Shown here: positions 26,352 through 37,762 of the stretch, in pieces
Numbering within the stretch: the first letter of the stretch is position 1
How the letters are laid out: each line of letters opens with the position of its first letter
Assembly (NCBI RefSeq): GCF_036321535.1
Contig: NC_087437.1
Coordinates: forward strand, 50,904,001-50,968,000
Length of the DNA stretch: 64,000 bases
Direction: 5' to 3'
Source of the DNA: Camelus dromedarius
Lineage: Eukaryota
Notes under the pieces: generated by a model
Database searches by the model: none
Told to the model about the DNA's origin: nothing
The model's input: the letters and a program-made list of their open reading frames with translations, nothing else
Program-made: the position numbers and the translations under genes

Positions 26352-26709
26352 TACTCTGGACTGAAGTGTGTCCCCGTAAAATTCCTATGTTGAAGCCCTA
26401 ACCTTCAATGTGACTGTTTTTTGTAGCTAGGGCTTTTGTAATTAAGGCTAAATGAGATCATAAATATGAGGTCCTTATCCAGTACAGCTGATATCCTTAT
26501 TAGAAAAGGAAAAGAGAGAAATTCTCTCTCTACTGTGTAAGCACACAGTGTTCATCTATAAATCAGGAAGAGAGCCCTCACTGGAAGCTGACCATGCTAG
26601 CACCCTGATTTGGATTTCCAGCTTCTAAAATGGTGAGAAAATAGATTTCTGTTGTCGAAGTCACCTAGTCCAATGTATTTTGTTATGGCAGCCCAAGTTG
26701 ACTAATACA
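26352..26709 (+). mobile_element. MaLR solo LTR (MLT1A/B or MST-like)
   Basis: Starts tggactgaa..gtgtcccc..aaaattc.tatgttgaagccctaa and ends ttgttatggcagccc...gactaataca. Confidence 0.8.
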
Positions 26710-26800
26710 AGCAATGTCTAGCACCCCCACCTCCTAAGTAGTTCACAAACTAGCAGGGACACATATGCACAAAGAACAGTCTACGGTGGCCATAAAAGAT

Positions 26801-26830
26801 CCAAGACCAAGACCAAGACCAAGACCAAGA
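26801..26830. repeat. Hexanucleotide microsatellite (CCAAGA)5
   Basis: Five perfect tandem copies, read directly. Confidence 0.95.
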
Positions 26831-27348
26831 GACTGAGAAAATCAAGAGAAAAACAGAAAGAGGAAGAAATCACTCAACAAGCTGATTTTTGAACCCTTTG
26901 TTTTAGCCAGTGAGAACTTCTTCCTCCTTCTGTCCTTCTTCCTGTCTCTGTTTTAATCAACAATAATCCTCCCACTCTTTTCTCTCCTCTTTTCTCTTCC
27001 CTCACATGGTCTGCTCCCCATCCCCTCACAAGAATATGATAGCACGACACAAAGAGCAAATGCGAATTCTGCAAAGTTAACAAATCCCAGCCTGAAACCA
27101 GAGAAGCAGTGATATCACTTAGGCAGATGACCTTCAGTCATAAACTGTCTTGGTCAGAGGCGCGCAGAGCCTTCTGCCGAACCGTGCACCTTGTGAAGCG
27201 ATGAGATCGTGAAGCACGCACCTGCTGCCTCCTGATTCCATAGAGCCCTGCCATCACAGCAACCACACATTTTCTTTCCAGCTCAGCCTGTCTTCCTGGG
27301 AGGAGTTGGACAACCTCACTCCCTAAATTCCCCTTTGAGTCTCTAGAG

Positions 27349-27669
27349 CAGTGCTGCCCAATAGAAATATAATGCAAGCTATATGTGTAATTTAAAATTT
27401 TCTAGTAACCACAATTTTTAAAGTAAAAAATAGGAGATAAAATTAATTATATCTTTTATTTAACCCAATACATATAGAAATGCTATCCTTTCAACATGTA
27501 ATAAATATTTTAGTATTAATGAGGTAATTTACATTCTTCATTTCATATTAAGTCTTAAAAATCCCCCATGTATATTTTATACTTAAAGCACATCTCAATC
27601 CAAACCAGCCATAATTCAAATGCTCAACAGCCACATGTGGCTGGTGGCCACTTGTACTAGGCAGCACAG
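27349..27669. mobile_element. MER33-like hAT-Charlie MITE
   Basis: Terminal inverted repeats CAGTGCTGCCCAATA / TACTAGGCAGCACAG (12/15) and 8-bp target duplication ctctagag/ctctagga; 321 bp. Confidence 0.85.
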
Positions 27670-29055
27670 CTCTAGGACATCAACCCTGAACTGTGCTGTC
27701 AGGTCACCCAGATCTGCAATCATCTCAGGGGGTAAAGTGAATGTCACCCACATGAATGTCATGTATATGAATACACGGGAAAGAGGACGTTTAGCAGGAG
27801 AGGGTGGGCAGGGATAATGGGGTCAAATGAAGCTTCATGTAACTAAGGCAACCTATCATTGGAGTCCAACCAAGGTGAAATTTAGGAAAGCTCCTTTATC
27901 TAGAATGTGACTTTAAGATTAGTGAAAGGTGAATTTTGTTGAATCTGTGTGATCTCAAACATTCTAATGAAAACTGGAAAAGTCTAGTGGAAAGATGTTT
28001 TAATATTAAATGAGATAGGTATATAAATTGTCTAATTCAATGCCTTGCACTTTGAGGGGCTCTTTTGAAGCCTATGTATTTTTTGTGTCCCATGTGACAT
28101 GATTATTAGAACCTCTGAGGTCATCTGGACTCTTGATCAGGTTGTCATTGCTAGACACTGCTTCTGAATTCTCTCTTGGAATTAGTCACTGAATAACGTC
28201 CTGCCCTGGCTCAGCCAATACCTAACTGGGTAACTGGATCCTCCAGAAACCAACCCTCCATAGCCAGTGATATGTTAGGGGTCGGGGGGCAGTAGGATGA
28301 GGCGGAGGGAGGAAGCCAAGCAAGACAAAAGTCATACACGAAGTCACTTCGGCTTAATCCTGCAGGGGACCTCTGGAGAATACATTCCAGAGTCGTCCCA
28401 ACAAGAGGCAAAGAAGCTGGGCTGTGATACCCTGGCACCTTCTTACAGTCTTAGTAATGGGGCCACCCGAGGAGTAGGTAAATTCTCAGGCCCTTCTGGC
28501 TTCTGATGTGTGTGGGAGTGTGTGTGCACTAGCAAAGGGATTCCAGGATCCTAGGGGAGGGCAGGAAGAAGAGCTGCAGTGCTGGCTGGAGGAAGGAGGA
28601 GGGGCTTTCATGTCTAGGCTCCGATGCTAACTCACTGTATAACTTTGGCCAAGTGAACAAACCTCAGTTTCCTCCTCTGTAAAGTGGTATAATAGTCCCT
28701 GCCCCTTGAGCTGCTGGGAAAATAAGACAACGTACACAAAGTTGTTGGCACAATACCCAGTACTTACGAAGGGAAGGGACTTCAGACCAGGTCAGAGGAA
28801 TCTTGGCAGGCTGTGGGAGACACTTGGAATAGGCAAGGTGACCGCACTCCGGCTTGCAACACTTGACCTGCCAGCATTGGGCCCGGTCCAGTCATGTCCC
28901 TGCATGGCTGTCCACCCCTCATCCAGCGTGGAGTCAAGGCTAGGGCTGTACACAGACTGATCTAGATTCATTAGCATAGTGCCTGGCACACAGTAAGAGC
29001 TCAATAAATGTTCATGGGAAAGAGAGGAAAGAAGTGCTCTAAAGGCAATGCCCAA

Positions 29056-29154
29056 GGGGAGAGCACAGCTCAGTGGTAGGATGTGTGCTTAGCATGCACA
29101 AGGTCCTGGGTTCAATCCCCAGCACCTCCATTAAAATAAAAATTAAAAAATAAA
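29056..29154 (+). mobile_element. tRNA-derived SINE (Vic-1-like, short form)
   Basis: A-box AGCTCAGTGGTAG, B-box GGTTCAATCCC and A-rich tail. Confidence 0.85.
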
Positions 29155-31346
29155 GACTGTCCTTCCTCTGGGGCTTTTTTGTGTGTGTGTGTCTGGTTTG
29201 GGTCCCCAAATCCCAGCATTTCTCTGCTTTCCTCTGAGAGTTTTTCACTGATTTTCTGTCACTTAAATAAACTCTCCTGGGCCACAGCCACCGTGGTGAA
29301 CACAGATAAGGTAAAACTAAGGAGAAAACTACCTGTTTCTCATAGACCAAACTCCTAGGCCTCCCGCAGCTCTCCAGGAGAGTCATGGAAACACTTCGGC
29401 AATGCTGGGACCCATGAAAGGTCCATAACTTGAGCAAAGTGGGTCACCCTTAGGTTCCCACTCCAATAACAGTAATCTCTCACATTTATGTTTATAGCAT
29501 TCATAGGGCAAATGGCATTATCTCTTTTGAATACTACACCCATTTTATAGGTGATAAACTGAGGTAAAAATTTAAGTGAATTGCCTAAGACCCTACAGGT
29601 TGTTGGCAATAGAATGGGGACCAAAACCTAGGACTTTGGGCTCTTATTCTGGAGCTCAGCAGTGCACTAAAGTCAAGAAAGTCAGCAGGAGTTCAAGGCC
29701 ATCTTCAGGGGGTCATCTGAGTGTCAGTACTGAGAGAACCAGACCACGGTTTGCTCCCTGAGTACACAGCTGGGTTAGTTGCTGACCATTTATCCCTTAG
29801 CTTACACAGGAGATAAATAAAATTTTTGTGTAATAAAAATGCTCCCTAGACAGACACTGACCAATTCTCATGAGATTCTTATAAAACAGAGGTAACTACA
29901 AAGATCCTCATTTTACAGTGAGAAACAGTCCCACAGCAGGGAATCTGTTGCCCAATACTTCAGCTGTGAGTCAGTGCCCACCCCAAAATAGAGCTGAGGC
30001 CAGTGAGCTCATCTCTCACAACTGCCATGAAAACAGCCACGGGCCCAAGAGTCTCCAGGAATGAAGTCCAGCCATGGCCCCGTCTCTCTGCCTGGGCCTC
30101 GCTCCCCTCCACGTTCTGCCAGCCTCACTTCACGTCATTCAGGTCTCCACTCGGACATTGCCTCCTCGGAGTGGCCCTCCCTGATGCTCACTCTAAAATA
30201 GTCGCGCCCTAACATCACCTCCTTTGTTTTTCTTCATAACCCTGTCACAGCCTGAAACATTACACATCTGTTGTTGACGAGTTAATAGTTGTCACCCCAC
30301 TAGAACATGAGCTGAGTGAGTTCAGCAGCTGTAACGTGCTCAGTGCTATGTCCCCAAGGCCAGAACAGTGCCTGGAACCTAACAGAGACTCAGTAAATAC
30401 CTGGAGAGAAAATAAATGAAAGGATGAATGAATGAACTTGTGCTTCTAGCCCCTGTGTGTTTGCTTTCGACAGGAATTGGCACCCCCAAGAATGATCAAA
30501 CACCCTCATGAGCCCTGTGCCCCCCCAGAGAACTCCCATCACACCCCTGAGGGCCTGGAGCTTGAAGAGGATGCACTCACCCCAGAACCTCCTGCCTACA
30601 GCGTGGATGAGTTCTAGAGGCCCCTGCAGAGCCTAAATGTCATCCACTGGGAATTTTGAACTCAGCCCAACTTTGCTATGGCCCACTGCCTCCCCAGGCC
30701 TCCATACTTGCCTCTGAATCTCCTGCCTCCTGAACCTCTAACCCCAGTCACAGTCCTCTAAACAAATACCCACCTCCACCGCCCCCACTTTCTCACTCCT
30801 GTACCAGCTCCACCCATGCTGTCTCTCCTCTGTTCATCCTCTAACCCCTTCACCATCCCATTTATACCAGGAACTAACTCTTGGGCATCAGTGAGATATT
30901 CTGGGTTGAAATGGCTCTAACATTGGTTGCAAACTGAGTTAAATTCTACTTAAGAGTATGTATCAATATGTATACCAATTGGTTACAATTTTTTTTAATT
31001 AGTAATCACATGCTGCTCAATGAACATTATATCTTTAAGAAGGGATTATTGGATATAAACCCTATATGGTCAATCAAAGGGGTTTCTACTGCAAAGAAAG
31101 CAGAAAGTCAGCAGATGCAAGGGTGCCCTAGCATGGGATGACATCACTCTACAGTCCTCAGAGCCTCTAAGCTGAAGGCACCAAACCTTCCATCTACCAT
31201 TTCCTAACCAAAGGAAGTACGTAGACATTTGGCTTAGCCCAGTTTCTGACCTCAAGCTGTCTCCTAAGCCCTTACCATGTAAACCCTGTCCCAACACATG
31301 AGTCCTGCCCATATCCCTGGCCTGCAGACACTCCAGCCTTGAGGCT

Positions 31347-31691
31347 GGTGGGTCTCAAAGTATATTCCATAGACAGCTGGCATCAGAATTCCTGAGGGGA
31401 GGGTCTAGCTCAAGTGGTAGAGTGTATGCTTAGCACAAGGTCCTGGGTTCAATCTCTAGTATCTCCTCTAAAAATAAATCAATAAATAAACCTAATTACC
31501 TCCTCCCCCCCAAAACAATAAAATTGATATTAAAAAAAAAAGAAAGAAAAACGAATGCAGAATCCTGAACCCCACCTACCCCAGACCTACTGAATCAAAA
31601 TCTCTAGCAGTGAAGCTGGGAATATGAATTTTATTAGGTTCACTCAGCCCCCACCCATAATTCTTCTGCAAACCAAACTTAAGAACCAATG
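31347..31691. mobile_element. MER5A-like hAT MITE interrupted by a SINE
   Basis: ggtctcaaagt at the start, ccccagacctactgaatcaaaatctct internally, aacttaagaacca at the end. Confidence 0.75.
31396..31551 (+). mobile_element. tRNA-derived SINE (Vic-1-like, long form) nested in MER5A
   Basis: A-box TAGCTCAAGTGGTAGAG, B-box GGTTCAATCTC, the aaacctaattacct extension shared with the 8.5 kb copy, and an A-rich tail. Confidence 0.85.
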
Positions 31692-32739
31692 CCCTCAAGA
31701 GAGATCAACTCACTTTCCAGCTCCCCTTGGCTCACTCTGAGAAGGAGGAAATTGGACAAGGGCCCAGGTGAAGGAAATAACTGGCCATGATTCTGGGACA
31801 GACAGGCCCTTCAAAGTCTTCCCTCCCTGTAGCTTCTCCTTCTCATCTTCTAAGAGCCAGCCCTCCTAGAATTCCATGAGCAGAGGGCTGCCCCCCAAAA
31901 TGTGAGGGAGGGAGCAGTGCTCCTCCTTCACTTCTCAACCTGGTGGAGGTTCAGTGGAAGCAGGCCTTGTCCAGGCCTCTCAAGCCTTTCTCTCCTTCAG
32001 CTGTTTAGACAGGCCCCTGCAGCTGATATTCAAGTAACACATCTCATTAGAGCTAGGAGCTCTAAAACAGGAGGTGGTGCCAAAGCCTTGTTGGTAACAA
32101 ACAGTGTGCAACTTGTTCTTATCTGCTATGCACAGGTAAACCTCACACATCTGGAGGAGTGCCTTCAGAAAAGGATTTGGAAGTTCATGGCCATCTTTCT
32201 TTCCACACCAGAGACACGGCTAACAGCACTCCACTATCTCTTTCCGGAGCCTGGAGTCAGCTCCCTGAATCCCTACCTGCTGGCTGAGTCTTTGCTCCAA
32301 ACTGACAGAGGAGCTGGAATTCCATAGCTGCCCCTATCTGACTCTAAACAGGTCTGAACACCAGACTTCAGAAGAACTGCCTCTGCCAAGCTCCTTCCCC
32401 CAGTTCACCACCCCTCAAGGATACTGCACATGCACCCTCTAGGAGACAAGATGCCAGCCACATTCTTATAGAATCAGACTCCCTTCCAGCCCTCCTGAAC
32501 CATCGCTGAGGCCTCCTCATGCTATGGATGGCTTCAGCCCATCCAAATTTACGACAGAAAGAAGGGCTTGTTCTGTGCTGCAAGGTTAGGCAGGATAAAC
32601 ATCAATCACAGCAAATGCTTGTGGCCAGAATTCAGCAACGATTCAGCCACAAAGAGAGAATGGGAAGTTCTTATTTTGCCTGCCCACCTTCATTCCGAAT
32701 CCTTTAGGAGGAGTGCTCAGATTTCCCTTTGGAGAACTA

Positions 32740-33222
32740 GCCCTCTTCCGTTACCGGTCTCGGAGGTTTGGTTGGAACTAGTCCCACCTCGTAGACCAAG
32801 GTGAGCATGGTACATTATGTTTCCCAAGCCACAGTGATTGGGTCGCAGATGGGCACAAGAAGAAGTCAATCCAATTGAAACCAATTCCAGAACTTTCTCT
32901 GGAATTATTAGGGAAGAGAAGTTTTCTTCCCCCCGGGGCTGCTGAGCTGGGAGAAATAAAATTTCAAAGCTGCTGGAGACCTTCTTGCTTCCATGCGTGA
33001 AGCCCTCCATGAGAGAGGAACCAACACAGAGGAAAGTGGAGACAAGAGACAGAGTGAAACTGAGTCCTGACGACATTATTTGAGCACCAGGATCCAACTA
33101 AGCTGGAAACCAATACCCCTGGACTTTTAAATTATGTGAGCAAACAAATTCCTTTTTTTTTTATATGCTTGAACCAGTTTGAACTGACTGTCTGCCATTT
33201 GCAATGCAGAGCCCTGACTGAC
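32740..33222 (+). mobile_element. Old MaLR LTR (MLT1J/K-like)
   Basis: MLT1-type 3' end (tctgccatttgcaatgcagagccctgactgacaca) and internal motifs. Confidence 0.6.
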
Positions 33223-36200
33223 ACAATAGGACAAGAAAAATCCTGAATAACAAATGGGCCCAAATGCTAAAGAAGATTGTACTAAAAGTGTATAAAAGGT
33301 TGTAGAAAAAGAGATGCTAAAGTGCTCTCAACATTGCTATATAAGGCCCTTCGCAGTCTGATCTGTATACCCCCTTCCCCAGCCCATGACTCAGCTAGCA
33401 GTTTCCAACATGTGCCTCTGTTTACATCAACACCTTTGGACTCCAGACAGGCTTCTCCATGTACACTGTAGAGGGTCTGTTTTTAATGTCTTTTCCTCTA
33501 TTAGATTCATAAGACTCTGAAAGGCAAGGGTTGGATTTTATTTCTCTTTCAATTCTTAGTATAATAGACACAATATTTTTTGGATGGGTGGACGGATACA
33601 CAGAGAGATGGAAAGGAAATGGATTCACCTATTTTACCTTACAGTCTCCACAGCCATATTTCTCCTCTGACTGCCATGAGAATAAATAACAATGACCTCC
33701 AAGACTGATTGACCTGGAGCAAAGTACGTGTGTGAAGATCTATATTAGCCAATGAGTCTACAAATTGGAACCCCAGGCCCACAATGTTTATCCTAAGCTC
33801 TCCTACCTGAGGTTTTACATTACAAAATGTGGTGGTCCTTCTTCACCTTAATTTTCCTTTACACATCTTATACCTCCTTGACCGAAGATGAAACCTGGTT
33901 TCCCGTAATGAAACACCATTTCCCTCACAACCCCTTCAACAATTCTCTGATTCTCACTTCCCTTGGGCTGGGAGCAGAGTCAGCATTTGTGCTTACTGCC
34001 CACCACCACATCCTGACTAGGCTGTTATCCTGGAGGCTCCTTATCACCCTCTTTTTCCAAACATTTTCCATCTCAGTTCCCCAGGACCCCATGCTGGTTT
34101 CTTTGTGGCCTCCATGTCATTAACCAGAAGTCAAGGGTCAGCCTCAGCTTAAAGGTTTTTTTGAGCATTCTCTGATTCTGACCACTTAGAAACATGTGAA
34201 TTGGTCCCAATCTTCACTCCAAGGTGTTCAAATGGCTTTCCCAGTCCTAAAATTTATCCCCATTGTAACAGGGCAAAGATGATCATATATGTGCTTCAGC
34301 TACCACAGAGGAATCTAGACTGCCAGGCCTGATCCTTGGACTTTTATGATACAGAATCCAGAGGAAAAGGGGAGGAAGACAGGAGATCTTACAGCTGACG
34401 TGAGAGGTGAAGGAGGAGTTACTCAGGCTGGGCTGCCCAGACTTGGGGCTGACATCCAGCTGCACTCGCCAAACCTTGGGCCCTGATGTGGACAGTGACA
34501 TCCCCAGGGCAAGAGGCACCTATTTCTAATTGGTCCTCCTAGACAGAAATTTTTAAAATTTATATGAAGGTGATGTGGTCCCTATCTGAGATGTGGATAA
34601 AAGAAAGGAATGGATTTTAATAGCCGTGGTGTGTGTCCCTCAAGGTGTTCAAAAAAAGTAAGTTCAGAACTTGAATTACTTTGAAATTACTTGTTCTGTT
34701 TCTGGGCTCTGCTCTACAGTGGGATGGCATAGGTGGGTGAAGGGTTGATAAAGTTACACTACCTTCTCTTTCTCTTTTCAGTCTTGAAGCTCAGTGTTGG
34801 CCTTTGGCAAAAGTGTGATTTGTCTTCCAGTTTAGTCTGCCTTCCAGTCCCCGGCCTTGGTTTCTTCTTCCCCTTCTCACCAGCCAGCGCCACTCCCTCC
34901 TTGGGGCTCTCTGTGGTCTGGCGACCCTGAGGTCCCTCAGAGAGGACTCAGATTGTCACTTGGGACTGTCTTCCTATTGCCTCAGCCTTAATTCATTTCC
35001 TCTACCTGTAATTTCTGCAATCACTGTAGATTCTCCCTAGATTATCGGGACCTCTGCACCACAGCCCAAAGGGTTATTTTAACAGAGATCTTGGATCACT
35101 CTCCTCATTAAAAACTCTTCCCTGGCTTCCTACTGGCTATAAGATGCATTTCAGACTCTTCATCCTAGCCCATCAAAACCTTTCATGGTCTACCTTGCCC
35201 ATCTGTCTCCGCCTTATTGGACCATGCATATCCTTTACTCCAACCCTGGTCTTCTACCTGTGGTCCCATGCTTATGCTGCACAACACTTTCCGAGATGCG
35301 TTTTCTTTTGCCTGGAATTCTGCTCCCTTTCTCTCCATCTCTTGGTCCCTTCGGTCCAATGCCTAATCATCCTTTAAAACTCTGCACAGATATCACCTCT
35401 TCCAGGAAGCCTTCTCTGATTGCTTTTTCTCCACTCTGACTTTGTCACCAGTGAAGCCCACTGGAGTGGGAAGTGGAGGAATGAGGAGGAATCTAGGTGA
35501 TAAGATAAGGTCTAATCTCTTCTTTGGTGCTTAGTTTTACTTACCATTGGGGGCTGTGTGCAGAAGCCTTGCATCTGACTCTTGAAATTAGTGTTCCCAG
35601 TGCAGAACCGCTGCACCGGATGCCTCAGCTCGGTGGCCGAGTGACACTCGGTTCAAGATGGCAGCAGTGGACCGTGTGCAGAGAGGCTGCGCCAGGCACT
35701 GAGATCTGGGGCACAAGCAGCACGCCTGCACGGACCGTGAGAACTCTGCCCCTCCCGCCGCGACCAGAGCTCTACGAAGCAGCCCCGCCCACAGCCTGCG
35801 GGGAGAGCACGGACTCTAGAGCCAGCCCACATCTCTCCATTCTTTAACCGAAGAGTAAAGCTTTCCTTTGCTTCTGAACCGAACTCGATCTCATTCTATG
35901 GATGTGACACCTGACAGGAAGATCCTTTTTGGGGACTGACTCAGGAGGGTCAGTAACAATTTCATGCCCCTTCCATAAGCAGAGCCTCATCATAGCACTT
36001 ATCACCCTGGACTGAAACATTGATTTATCCATCTCTTTCCTCTGATTGTGATTTCGAAGTCAAGGGGGAACCACAACTCATTCATCTTTGTATACTCATG
36101 CCTGGCATAGATTAGGCGCTTAATAAATTTGTGTCAATCAAATGAATACATGAATGGAGAGATGGATGGAATTTCACTAAACCCACTCAACACCACAGAA

Positions 36201-37179
36201 CTGAAAGCTTAATATTTTGTTCCTGAACCCTGCCCTGACATTTGTATCTTAGGAGAGGTTATATGATGCAGTGTTCCTCATTTAAAGGCCTACAAATCAT
36301 CAGTGGTATATAAAGAAGTGTGGGAGGAGTGCAGGTTTTTCATCACAATTACTAAATTCTCTCCCCCTCCACCTCCAGGCTCATCTGTAAAGGAAACAGA
36401 CATTGCCTGCTAAACCAACCTGCTACCCTGAGCTGTAAGGATCCTGCCAGTCATCTGAGAACTTTACTAAATTTCCTAATCTCCCTTCTCTTTGTCTTGT
36501 TTCTTTCGTGTGCTGTGTCCACCAACCTCACCTTCTTGGAATTAATCATCAGGCATCTGCCCCTCCCCTAATTCCCCCAACACCAAAATGCCCTTAATAT
36601 CCAGCACCCTGCAAGCCTGAGCTTACTCTTTATGATACATGATCACTTATGACACGTCAGCTCTTACTTGATCCTAGACTTGAATCATTATATGTAAACC
36701 TGCCGATGGTTGATTTTTATAGATCCTTAAGTGTCTCCTCAGAATAAGGCTATGCTGAAACTTTTGGTTTGATTGTGTTTTAAAGTCATAACAGTATCAG
36801 CACTCCTGCAATTATTGTGGCCTTGAAGCTTTCCACAAATGTTACATGTATTGAAAGAATCCTTACAGCTGGCAGAAGACATGTAGGTTGGCTAAACGAT
36901 ATTCTTTCATAGCAAGGACGATTTATCTTTATACAGAAATGACCTCTCCAAAAGAACTTGAGGTGGCTTATACTGAAGCAGTAGAGTTATCATAGATACA
37001 AATAGTAACAACAAAAATAAGATAAGAACTAAGTAATTAAAGTAGGAGGAGAAAATACTACTGAAACCTAGGCTAAGAAAAGCTAGCGCACTGACTGAGC
37101 TTCCTGAAGTATAAGTTGGCTAATAAAAAAAGTAAGCCAGGATTTTTTATTCTTCTTTAATGGAAATTTATTTTTCCTT

Positions 37180-37762
37180 TTGTCCAGTGCCCTCCCCCTA
37201 TTTCTGGAAAGTATTTTTCTCCCCAGTCAGGTCCCACTCAACTCATGTGGTTCAAGTAGGAGCTTTCATTTTTTACCGACCTCTCTCTCTCTCTCAATCT
37301 TTTTCTCACACACACACACATACTCACCTCTTAGTCCAACAGTGGACTCCTAAGTGAGGCTGGGCTGACCATTGTGTCCCACCTCCCAACAGTGATTGGT
37401 CTAGGACTGGATAATTGAATGGAGCTGGACCAATCAGTATTTCCTGGGAACTTTTCAAACTGAAGCTAGCCCCTCAGTTTCTCTCTGAAACAAAAGCTGG
37501 GAAAAGTGAGTCTCAGAGCTGCCAACAGGCAAATTCCCCATTGTGAGGCAGAAGTGCACCTGAGAAATCCCAACAGAGCAAGAGAGAAGCTGAGTGAGGG
37601 TGGGAAGAAATCTCCCTAACAGCATAAAAGGCTCTGGTTCCTCTTCCTCCTGGGCTCTGCTACATCCCAGCCCTTCCTATACTTCGGTGCTTTGGTTATG
37701 TGGCCAAATACCTTCCTCTTTTGCCTAAACTGGTTTGACTTTGAGTTCCCATCCCTTGCAAC
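37180..37762 (+). mobile_element. Old MaLR LTR (MLT1K/L-like)
   Basis: agtgattggtctagg internally; ends cccttgcaaccaaaagaatgctgactaata. Confidence 0.55.

Noticed and set aside
29056..29130. tRNA-like sequences (also at 8525, 31396, 60947)
   Set aside because: Broken stems, A-rich tails and target duplications show they are SINEs, not tRNA genes.
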